Assembly (NCBI GenBank): GCA_002683345.1
Contig: NYSX01000012.1
Span: forward strand, 18,057 to 82,056
Length of the DNA: 64,000 bases
Source: Flavobacteriales bacterium
Lineage (GTDB): Bacteria > Bacteroidota > Bacteroidia > Flavobacteriales_D > Sanyastnellaceae
Direction of reading: 5' to 3'
The notes under the pieces were generated by a model. It did not search any database and was not told the origin of the DNA. It saw only the letters and a program-made list of their open reading frames with translations. Shown piece by piece: positions 9,377 to 17,115 of this stretch (position 1 is its first letter; each line of letters opens with the position of its first letter). The position numbers and the translations under genes were made by a program.

Positions 9377-10738
9377 TCAACCTTCGACGGGGCGATTCAA
9401 GTCGAAGCCCTCGAGGTAATCCGCCACGCGACGCACGAAGCTGCCTCCCAGCATGCCGTCCACCACGCGGTGGTCGTAGCTGTGGCTCAAGAACATCATG
9501 TGTCGAACGGCAATGACGTCGCCGTGCTCGGTTTCGAGAACAGCCGGACGCTTGCGAATGGCCCCAAGCGCCAAGATGCCGACCTGTGGCTGGTTGATGA
9601 TGGGCGTGCCCATCACATTGCCAAAGGTGCCCACGTTGCTCATGGTGTAGGTTCCGCCGGCGATGTCGTCCGGCGTGAGTTTGCCCGCGCGCGCTCGACT
9701 CGCCAGATCGTTGACCTGGCGCGCCAATCCTTGCAGGTTGTATTGATCCGCGTGTTTGATCACAGGAACAATCAAATTCCCGGAGGGCAACGCAGCAGCC
9801 ATGCCCAAGTGGATGGCCTTGTGAATCAAAATCTTGTCTCCGTCCACACTGGCATTGACGCCAGGGAAATCCCGAATCGCCTTGACAATCGCCTCGGCGA
9901 TGAGCGGCGTGAAGGTGAGCTTCTCCCCATACTTCTCTTGGAACTCTTTTTTGTTGGCGTTGCGCCACATGACGAGGTTGGTCACGTCGGCTTCGACAAA
10001 GGAGGTGACATGGGGGCTCGTCTGCACGCTGCGCACCATGTGGTCGGCAATCATCTTGCGCATCCGGTCCATCTCCACGATGTCGTGGGCGCCATCCACG
10101 CTGACCGCGGCGGCAGGTGCAGGAGCCGGTGTCGGAGCCTTGACAGGGGCTGGTGCGACTGGTGCTGCCGCTGGAACGGGGGCTGCTGCGGGCGCAGCTT
10201 GTCCGCGCTGGGCGATGTACCCCAAGATGTCTTTCTTGGTGACACGGCCCTCCGAACCCGTGCCTTGCACTTGTTCGAGTTCGGCCATGCCAATGCCCTC
10301 TTTTTGGGCAATGCTTCTCACCAGCGGGGAATAGAATCGGCCGGAAGGTCCTTTTCGAGAAGGTGCGTTGTCCAGAGGTGCCATGGCTGCTGCGACCACT
10401 TCTGGCGCCGGGGCAGGTTCTGCGGCTGCGACAGGGGCAGCGGGCGCGATTGGTGCCTCAGCGGTGGCAGGTGCAGGTGCGGTGTCAGCCACATCTACGC
10501 CCACGTTGTAGCGGGCAATGACCGCGCCGACTTGAACCACGTCTCCCTCCGCCACACACCATTCGACGAGCGTGCCGTCTTCGGGGGCAGGAACTTCAGA
10601 GTCCACCTTGTCGGTGGCGATCTCCACAATCGGTTCGTCTGCTTCCACACCAGCCCCAGCGTCAACCACCAACTTGGTGATTGTGGCTTCGGCTACGCTT
10701 TCGCCCATTTTGGGCAGGAGAATGTCAATGATGGCCAT
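9377..10738 (-). CDS. 2-oxo acid dehydrogenase E2 component (dihydrolipoyllysine-residue acyltransferase)
   Basis: Lipoyl domain with EIATDKVDSEVPAP, an Ala/Pro-rich linker, an E3-binding segment (YSPLVRSIAQKEGI) and the catalytic SHSYDHRVVDG motif. Confidence 0.9.
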   Translation of the reverse strand: MAIIDILLPKMGESVAEATITKLVVDAGAGVEADEPIVEIATDKVDSEVPAPEDGTLVEWCVAEGDVVQVGAVIARYNVGVDVADTAPAPATAEAPIAPAAPVAAAEPAPAPEVVAAAMAPLDNAPSRKGPSGRFYSPLVRSIAQKEGIGMAELEQVQGTGSEGRVTKKDILGYIAQRGQAAPAAAPVPAAAPVAPAPVKAPTPAPAPAAAVSVDGAHDIVEMDRMRKMIADHMVRSVQTSPHVTSFVEADVTNLVMWRNANKKEFQEKYGEKLTFTPLIAEAIVKAIRDFPGVNASVDGDKILIHKAIHLGMAAALPSGNLIVPVIKHADQYNLQGLARQVNDLASRARAGKLTPDDIAGGTYTMSNVGTFGNVMGTPIINQPQVGILALGAIRKRPAVLETEHGDVIAVRHMMFLSHSYDHRVVDGMLGGSFVRRVADYLEGFDLNRPVEG

Positions 10739-12662
10739 GAGAGATAATTGCTCGACGCGAAATTAAGGCATCTGCCACCACCGCGAGGTCCTTTCTCCAA
10801 TGGTAATCTTGGGCATGGGTGAACGCCTTTCGGTCCGCCGCCCTGCCCTTCAACCCTTCCGTCAAATCGAGCCCGTGACGCTCAGGTACTTGCAGGTTTC
10901 CGGGGCGCACCCATGTGCCTTTTCCTCGGAGGACCCGCATCGAAAAACGGACCCAATCTCCCCGTCCCGTGAACCACATGACCGGCGCCATGCTCCACAC
11001 CAAGAACACCAACACCAGGTCAAAAACTCTTTTGGTTCGCGCCACCTCTGGACGATGCAGTCCGCGCTGAAACGCCACAAACGCCTCGCGGGACGCCCCG
11101 CCACTGGACATCACGTCCCCCACATCTGTCCAAGCGATGCGGCATTTGAGCCCCATTCGCCCCAACATGGGGAGCGCAGCCACAATGGACTCGGTGCGAA
11201 CATCTTTCCCACTGAAAACCACCTCGTCGACGTTGTGGATTTGGACAGCCTCCTCCACATCACGGATGCGCCCCACCCAGGGCACACCCTGAAGCTGGGG
11301 CCATTCTTGAGGGTCCGACTCTCCGGCCCACAATGCATGCATGGTCAAGCGAACGCGCTCGCCCTCGTTCCGCCGCAACAACTCCGCCATGCCCCCCAAA
11401 TCCGCTTGCGCCACCAACAACCTCCGGATGTGGTAGGGATTGCCGTTTCGCTTCAGCGCCCGCGCCAGCACCAGGCCATGGACGAGTCCGTGAAGCACCG
11501 GCAACACCAACACCACGCCGCGGCTGAACCGCCACGATTCGGGAAACAAGCTGTACGCGGCCAAGGTCATCAGCGAGGCAAGCAGCCACGCCAGCACATG
11601 TCGGGAGGCGCCGCCCCGTTCACGGGCATCGCGGTATCCGCCTCCCGCCCACATGCCTAGCACTTGCACTGCCACCAAGCCCGCGGCTTGCCAGCCGGCA
11701 TCTGGCCACACAAAAGACTTGCCCAAGGCCACCTGCGACACCGCCATCACGCCGCCAAGGACTGCCAAGGTGCCCATGGCCACGCGCAACATGTCGCCCC
11801 AACGGCTCAGCATGCGACGAAGGACGGCCAAGGCAGCCCGGCCGTAAATCGCCGTGCGGATCATCCATGAAAACGCCCGGGCTTGGCTTCCTTCAAAATG
11901 TTTGGCCGCGAACAGGAGCATGGCGCGGTAGAACACCATGACGTAATTCAAGCTTCCCTTTTTGGTGGACTCTCCTTTGTAGTGAATGATGCGGGTGCCT
12001 GCGAAATAGTGGTTCTCCCATCCCCCTTCCACCAAACGCCAGCTCAAGTCGATGTCCTCGCCGTACATGAAGAACTGCTCGTCCAGCAGCCCCACCTCGT
12101 CCAAGGCTTCTTTCCGCATCCACATGTATGCCCCAGACAAAATGTCGACCGGAGCCGTCTCGTGCTCGCCCACATGCCCTGCGTAGTACGCATTGAACCG
12201 CCTGGACTTGGGGGCCAAACGATGCAACCCCGACATCCGACAAAAGGCCGGCCAAGGTGCAGGCAACCCGCGCTTGGACTCCGGCAAATACTTGCCCGTA
12301 CCGTCGTACATCGGCACGCCCATGCCTCCCAGCTTGGGATGCGCATCGGCGTGGGCCAAGCACGTTTGGAACGTGTCTTCCCCGACTACCGTGTCGGGAT
12401 TGAGCAACAGGACATGCCGTCCAGCACACGCACGAATCGCCTGGTTGTTGGCCACGGAAAAGCCCACGTTGTCCTGGTTGGCAATCACATGAACCCAAGG
12501 AAAGCGTTCGCGGACCATGTCCACCGAGCCATCCACGCTTCGGTTGTCCACCACCCACACGTCCACATCCACATCGTTCATGGCCCGCTCCACAGAAACC
12601 AAGCATTGCTCGAGGAACGCCCGAACGTTGTAGCTGACTATGATGACGCTCAGGTCGGTCAT
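10725..12662 (-). CDS. GT2 glycosyltransferase fused to membrane segments and a WbaP-like (CoA_binding_3 + degenerate Bac_transf) C-terminal region
   Basis: The N-terminus has LSVIIVSYNVRAFLEQCL, VVDNRSVDGS and FMYGEDIDLSWR, which are GT2 motifs. The middle is hydrophobic. The C-terminus has RTKRVFDLVLVFLVW, like the start of a Bac_transf domain, but lacks the catalytic core. The ATG overlaps the recR stop (ATGA). Confidence 0.7.
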   Translation of the reverse strand: MTDLSVIIVSYNVRAFLEQCLVSVERAMNDVDVDVWVVDNRSVDGSVDMVRERFPWVHVIANQDNVGFSVANNQAIRACAGRHVLLLNPDTVVGEDTFQTCLAHADAHPKLGGMGVPMYDGTGKYLPESKRGLPAPWPAFCRMSGLHRLAPKSRRFNAYYAGHVGEHETAPVDILSGAYMWMRKEALDEVGLLDEQFFMYGEDIDLSWRLVEGGWENHYFAGTRIIHYKGESTKKGSLNYVMVFYRAMLLFAAKHFEGSQARAFSWMIRTAIYGRAALAVLRRMLSRWGDMLRVAMGTLAVLGGVMAVSQVALGKSFVWPDAGWQAAGLVAVQVLGMWAGGGYRDARERGGASRHVLAWLLASLMTLAAYSLFPESWRFSRGVVLVLPVLHGLVHGLVLARALKRNGNPYHIRRLLVAQADLGGMAELLRRNEGERVRLTMHALWAGESDPQEWPQLQGVPWVGRIRDVEEAVQIHNVDEVVFSGKDVRTESIVAALPMLGRMGLKCRIAWTDVGDVMSSGGASREAFVAFQRGLHRPEVARTKRVFDLVLVFLVWSMAPVMWFTGRGDWVRFSMRVLRGKGTWVRPGNLQVPERHGLDLTEGLKGRAADRKAFTHAQDYHWRKDLAVVADALISRRAIISHGHH

Positions 12663-13264
12663 CCCTTGTAGGGCAGGCGATTCAACAAGGAACTCGACAA
12701 CGTCGCTTCGTCTGCGTATTGCAACGCTTCACCCACGGCCACGCCTCGGGCGAGGGCGGTCAGCAAGACCTCAGATTCGGCGAGTTTTTTGGCCAAGTAA
12801 AACGCAGTGGTGTCGCCTTCCATGGAGGCCGGCAAGGCCAAAATCACTTCCTTCACCTCCGTCGTCGCCGCACGCGACACCAACGTCTCCACGTTCAAAT
12901 CCGCAGGCCCCACGCCATCCATGGGGCTGATCACGCCGCCCAGCACGTGGTACAAGCCGCGGTATTCGCCCATGCTCTCCAAAGCCAGGAGGTCCCGGAC
13001 GTCTTCCACCACGCACACCGTGGCCCCATCGCGGTGCGGATTGGCGCACAGGTTGCAGACCTCCTCTTCCGTGGGGTTGTGACAAACCGAGCAAGGCTTC
13101 ACGCCCTCGCGCATCGCGATCATGGCTTCTGCGAAGTCGCGCACCCGCTCCTCGTCCCGGGCGAGCATGTTCAACACCAGGCGAAGCGCCGTTCGACGTC
13201 CCACTCCCGGCAACGTGGCCATTTGGTCCACTGCGGCTTCAATCAATCGCGAAGGAATCTGCAC
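12659..13264 (-). CDS. recR: recombination protein RecR
   Basis: This is the C-terminal 201 codons of the 793-aa track ORF. It has the helix-hairpin-helix LPGVGRRTALRL, the Cys4 zinc finger CSVCHNPTEEEVCNLC and a Toprim region. The GTG start gives (M)QIPSRLIEAAV, which matches the usual MxYPSxL N-terminus. Confidence 0.9.
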   Translation of the reverse strand: MQIPSRLIEAAVDQMATLPGVGRRTALRLVLNMLARDEERVRDFAEAMIAMREGVKPCSVCHNPTEEEVCNLCANPHRDGATVCVVEDVRDLLALESMGEYRGLYHVLGGVISPMDGVGPADLNVETLVSRAATTEVKEVILALPASMEGDTTAFYLAKKLAESEVLLTALARGVAVGEALQYADEATLSSSLLNRLPYKG

Positions 13265-13268
13265 TGCA

Positions 13269-13276
13269 CGAAGGTA
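13269..13276 (-). promoter_or_regulatory. -7-like box TACCTTCG, 4 nt upstream of the recR GTG start
   Basis: The reverse complement of 13261..13280 reads ggcgTACCTTCGtgcaGTGc. One mismatch to TAnnTTTG. Confidence 0.4.
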
Positions 13277-13311
13277 CGCCAAGGGCCAAGTCGAGGGTGC
13301 CCGTCGGCCCG

Positions 13312-13319
13312 TACATTTG
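13312..13319 (+). promoter_or_regulatory. -7 box TACATTTG, 5 nt upstream of the symporter ATG
   Basis: The sequence reads cgTACATTTGaccacATGacc. This is an exact TAnnTTTG match. Confidence 0.5.
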
Positions 13320-13324
13320 ACCAC

Positions 13325-14803
13325 ATGACCCCCACCACCGTCCTCCTGATTGCCCTTGCCTACGTGGCCGTCCTGCTCGGCATCGCCAAATGGTCGAGCA
13401 AGCGCAGTGCCCACGCCGATTCCGAGGCGCGGTTTTTCGTGGCCAGCCAGCAAGCGCCTTGGTACGTGGTCGCGTTCGGAATGGTGGGCGCCTCTCTCTC
13501 GGGGGTGACCTTCCTCAGCATTCCCGGATGGGTCCGAGACCAAGAGTGGACCTACATGCAAATGGTTTTGGGATACTGCATTGGATATCTGATTGTTGCA
13601 ACCCTTCTCCTCCCGCTTTACTACAAATTCAAACTCACGAGCATCTACCGGTTTTTGGGGACGCGGTTTGGCAGTCACGCCCACAAAACGGGCGCGGGGT
13701 TTTTCATCGTGAGTCGCGTCATCGGGGCCTCCTTCCGGCTGTTTCTCGTCGCCTTGGTCGTGGACGTTTTGGTGCTGGAACCCCTGGCCGGCGGTGCCAC
13801 GCCGTGGACGTGGTTTGGCCTGACGACGGCAGGGATTTTGGCCGTCATCTACCTGTACACCAAGGAAGGCGGGATGGGCACGGTGATTTGGACCGACACC
13901 CTTCAAACCGCCTGCATGCTTCTGGCCGTCATCCTGACCATCGGCGGCATCCTGCAGGCCGGCGGCCACAGCTGGGTCGACCTGCCGGAGGTGGTCGCTT
14001 CCACAGACCTGACCCAAATCTGGGTCACCGAGGACTGGAAAATGAGCAACCACTGGCTCAAACACGTGCTGGCCGGCATGTTTGTCACCATCGCCATGAC
14101 CGGGCTTGACCAAGACATGATGCAGAAAAACCTCGCTTGCCGAAACCTGCGCGAGGCCCAGTGGAACATGGGGTCGTTCACCGTCATTTTGGTGGGCGCC
14201 AACCTGCTGTTCTTGACCATGGGCGCCATGCTGTGGATGCACGCAGGCCAAATCGGCATGGCCCTTCCCGAGGCCACCGATCGCCTCTACCCCATGGTCG
14301 CCATGGGCGGCAGCCTCGGCCCAGCGCTCGGGGTGGCCTTTGTCGTCGGACTGCTTGCTTCGGCATTCAGCTCTGCAGACTCCGCACTCACCGCACTGAC
14401 CACCTCCACATGCGTCGACCTTCTCGGCACCCAAGAAATGTCTCCGGAGCGCGCCTCCCGCATCCGGCGACGGGTCCACTTGGGCATGGCGGTGGCCTTG
14501 TGGGGGGTCATCATGGCGTTCCGTGCCGTCAACGACACGTCTGTGGTGGCGGCGTTGTTCACCGTGGCCAACTACACTTACGGCCCCTTGCTTGGATTGT
14601 TTGCGGTCGGCATGTTCACCTCGTGGAACCCCAAAGCAAGCGCCGTGCCTTGGGTCTGCATCTCCGCACCCATTCTCGGCTATGGATTGGAGCAACTCCT
14701 GATGGGGTGGCTTGGCTTCAGTTTTGGGTTTGCCCTGTTGCCTGTCAACGGCCTGTTGACCGCCCTCGGGCTCGGAGCGATTTCCCTGCAAACTCGCCCT
14801 TGA
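13325..14803 (+). CDS. sodium:solute symporter (SSS) family transporter
   Basis: Track ORF 12719..14803 trimmed to ATG 13325 (MTPTTVLLIALAYVAVLLGIA). The protein is polytopic and hydrophobic with SSS-like segments (GASLSGVTFLSIPG). Sequence upstream of 13325 is antisense to recR. Confidence 0.8.
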   Translation: MTPTTVLLIALAYVAVLLGIAKWSSKRSAHADSEARFFVASQQAPWYVVAFGMVGASLSGVTFLSIPGWVRDQEWTYMQMVLGYCIGYLIVATLLLPLYYKFKLTSIYRFLGTRFGSHAHKTGAGFFIVSRVIGASFRLFLVALVVDVLVLEPLAGGATPWTWFGLTTAGILAVIYLYTKEGGMGTVIWTDTLQTACMLLAVILTIGGILQAGGHSWVDLPEVVASTDLTQIWVTEDWKMSNHWLKHVLAGMFVTIAMTGLDQDMMQKNLACRNLREAQWNMGSFTVILVGANLLFLTMGAMLWMHAGQIGMALPEATDRLYPMVAMGGSLGPALGVAFVVGLLASAFSSADSALTALTTSTCVDLLGTQEMSPERASRIRRRVHLGMAVALWGVIMAFRAVNDTSVVAALFTVANYTYGPLLGLFAVGMFTSWNPKASAVPWVCISAPILGYGLEQLLMGWLGFSFGFALLPVNGLLTALGLGAISLQTRP

Positions 14804-14820
14804 TTGTCGGCGGGACTGCG

Positions 14821-14828
14821 TAATTTTG
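14821..14828 (+). promoter_or_regulatory. -7 box TAATTTTG upstream of the aminotransferase gene (30-nt spacer), embedded in a 7-bp inverted repeat
   Basis: gcgTAATTTTGcccccgcAATTACGg. The arms CGTAATT (14819..14825) and AATTACG (14836..14842) are reverse complements. Confidence 0.5.
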
Positions 14829-14858
14829 CCCCCGCAATTACGGACTGACCTACTCCCC

Positions 14859-16055
14859 ATGGAACACACCACTTCTGACCTCCTGCAACGCCTCAGCGAA
14901 TCTGCCACCATCGCCATGGCGAGAAAGGCACGCGAGCTCAAGAACCAAGGCATCGACGTCATCTCCCTTTCTCTCGGAGAGCCCGACTTTGACACGCCGG
15001 CAGAAATGAAGCAAGCGGGCATCGACGCCATCGAAGCCAACGAAACCCACTACACCCCTGTTCCTGGCACGCCGCGCATCCGCAAGGCCATCGTGGAGAA
15101 GTTCAAGCGCGACAACGGGCTGGAGTACACCATGGATCAGGTGGTGGTCAGCACGGGCGCCAAGCAGAGCCTCGCCAACGTCGTCCTCTCGCTGGTCAAC
15201 CCTGGAGACGAGGTCATCCTCCCTGCCCCTTACTGGGTCAGCTACGAGGAAATCGTCAAGGTGGCTGGCGGCATTCCCGTGGTGTTGCCCACGAGCATCG
15301 ACAACGACTACAAAATCCAACCGAGCGAACTCGAGGCGGCCATCACGTCCAAAACCCGCATGGTGATGTACTCGTCGCCCTGCAACCCTTCCGGTTCAGT
15401 GTACACGGAAGCCGAGACCGCGGCGTTGGCCGACGTGCTTCGCAAGCACGACCGCGTCATCACGGTCAGCGACGAGATCTACGAACTCATCAACTTCACG
15501 GACAAGCATGCCTCCATGGCCGCCCAGCCTGGCATGTGGGAGCGTACAGTGACAGTGAATGGCGTTTCCAAAGGATTCGCCATGACGGGATGGCGCTTGG
15601 GTTACATCGGCGCGCCCACATGGATTGCCGCAGCGTGCACCAAAATCCAAGGCCAGTTCACCTCAGCTCCCTCAAGCATCACCCAAGCCGCGTCTGCTGC
15701 TGCGCTTGAAGCCGACCCCGCGCTGGTCAGCGACATGGTCGACGCGTTCCGTCGCCGTCGCGCTTTGATGGTGGAAGGGCTCAGTCAGGTGCCTGGATTC
15801 AAGGTGAATCAACCCATGGGCGCCTTTTACGTGTTCCCGGACGTGTCCGCATTGTTTGGCAAGTCGTTCCAAGGAAAATCCCTCAACAACGCCAACGACG
15901 TGGCGTTCTACTTGCTTGAAGAGGCCAAGGTGGCATCGGTCAGCGGGGCGGCGTTTGGAACCCCCGAATGCATCCGTCTCTCCTACGCAGCGGCGGACGA
16001 CGTGCTGGCCGAGGCGGTTCGCCGCATCGACGCCGCATGCCGTCAGTTGAGCTGA
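14859..16055 (+). CDS. class I pyridoxal-phosphate-dependent aminotransferase (aspartate aminotransferase-like)
   Basis: SLGEPDFDTP and NGVSKGFAMTGWRLGY (PLP-lysine motif), with the overall AspC/AspB layout. Trimmed to the first ATG (14859). Confidence 0.85.
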   Translation: MEHTTSDLLQRLSESATIAMARKARELKNQGIDVISLSLGEPDFDTPAEMKQAGIDAIEANETHYTPVPGTPRIRKAIVEKFKRDNGLEYTMDQVVVSTGAKQSLANVVLSLVNPGDEVILPAPYWVSYEEIVKVAGGIPVVLPTSIDNDYKIQPSELEAAITSKTRMVMYSSPCNPSGSVYTEAETAALADVLRKHDRVITVSDEIYELINFTDKHASMAAQPGMWERTVTVNGVSKGFAMTGWRLGYIGAPTWIAAACTKIQGQFTSAPSSITQAASAAALEADPALVSDMVDAFRRRRALMVEGLSQVPGFKVNQPMGAFYVFPDVSALFGKSFQGKSLNNANDVAFYLLEEAKVASVSGAAFGTPECIRLSYAAADDVLAEAVRRIDAACRQLS

Positions 16056-16070
16056 ATCCCCTGAAGTTCC

Positions 16071-16078
16071 GACCTTTG
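16071..16078 (+). promoter_or_regulatory. -7-like box GACCTTTG, 5 nt upstream of the sugar kinase ATG
   Basis: ccGACCTTTGgcgtcATGagt. The first base differs from the consensus. Confidence 0.35.
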
Positions 16079-16083
16079 GCGTC

Positions 16084-17115
16084 ATGAGTGATTCCAACTC
16101 ACCCACGTCGTTGGACAGCTTGCCGTGGTCCGAGCCCCGCGTTTGCGTGGTCGGAGACGTCATGGTCGACGCGTACATGTGGGGCCATGTCCACCGCATC
16201 AGTCCGGAGGCACCGGTGCCCGTGGTCGAAGTCTCCCGCAAAGAGCAACGCGTTGGCGGTGCGGCCAACGTGGTGAAGAACCTCGCGGCCCTTGGGGCCG
16301 AAGTGGATCTCATCAGCGTGGTTGGGGACGACCAGGCGGGGCGCGACCTCACCTCCCTTCTCGCCACGATGTGCACCCCGCATTTGAGCTTGGATCCTTC
16401 TCGACCCACCACCGTCAAAACGCGGGTGATCAGCGGAGGCCATCACGTGGTGCGCGTGGACGAAGAGTCCACGGCAGACGTCACCTCCAAAGTGTCGCAA
16501 GAAGCCCTTTCCGCCTTGAACGCCGTGCTGAACGGCGACCGCAAACCCGATGTCGTCATCTTGGAAGACTACGACAAGGGCTTGATGACCGAATCCTTTG
16601 TGGGACAAGCCATCGAAGCGTGCCGTCATGCGGATGTGCCGGTCACCGTGGACCCCAAGCTGAAACGCTTTGCGGCGTACCGTGAGGTCGACCTGTTCAA
16701 GCCCAACTTGAAGGAACTGAATGAAGGCCTTGGACTGACGCACCCCGTGGACCCATCAGACCGCGAAGGCATGCAGCATGCGGTCGAGGCGCTGATGACA
16801 CAACTGGCCTGCGAACGCGTCTTTGTCACCTTGGGCGAACACGGGTCTTGGATCCACGCCCCCAACGACGGCGTCCATCACGCCCACATCCCCGCCCTTC
16901 CCCGCGAAGTGGTGGACGTGAGCGGCGCTGGGGACACCGTCATCGCCGTGGCCTCCTTGATGTTGGCCGGCAAGGCCAATGCCGTGGACGTGGCGGCTGT
17001 GGCCAATTTGGCCGGAGGTTGGGTGTGTGAACGGGTGGGCGTCGTCCCCATCACGCGCGAAGCCCTTGAAGCCGAGCTTCCACGCCTCAGAAAAACCAAC
17101 ATCTCCACGCATTGA
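16084..17115 (+). CDS. PfkB-family sugar kinase, RfaE domain I / D-glycero-beta-D-manno-heptose-7-phosphate kinase-like
   Basis: N-terminal VCVVGDVMVDAYMWGHVHRISPEAPVPVV is typical of RfaE domain I. The C-terminus has the PfkB signature DVSGAGDTVIA. Confidence 0.75.
   Translation: MSDSNSPTSLDSLPWSEPRVCVVGDVMVDAYMWGHVHRISPEAPVPVVEVSRKEQRVGGAANVVKNLAALGAEVDLISVVGDDQAGRDLTSLLATMCTPHLSLDPSRPTTVKTRVISGGHHVVRVDEESTADVTSKVSQEALSALNAVLNGDRKPDVVILEDYDKGLMTESFVGQAIEACRHADVPVTVDPKLKRFAAYREVDLFKPNLKELNEGLGLTHPVDPSDREGMQHAVEALMTQLACERVFVTLGEHGSWIHAPNDGVHHAHIPALPREVVDVSGAGDTVIAVASLMLAGKANAVDVAAVANLAGGWVCERVGVVPITREALEAELPRLRKTNISTH

Noticed and set aside
12659-15040. 793-aa minus-strand ORF in the supplied track.
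   Set aside because: Only the last 201 codons (12659..13264) are RecR. The rest is antisense to the sodium:solute symporter and the aminotransferase 5' end. Its H/R/G/P-rich composition is junk-like and it carries no motifs.
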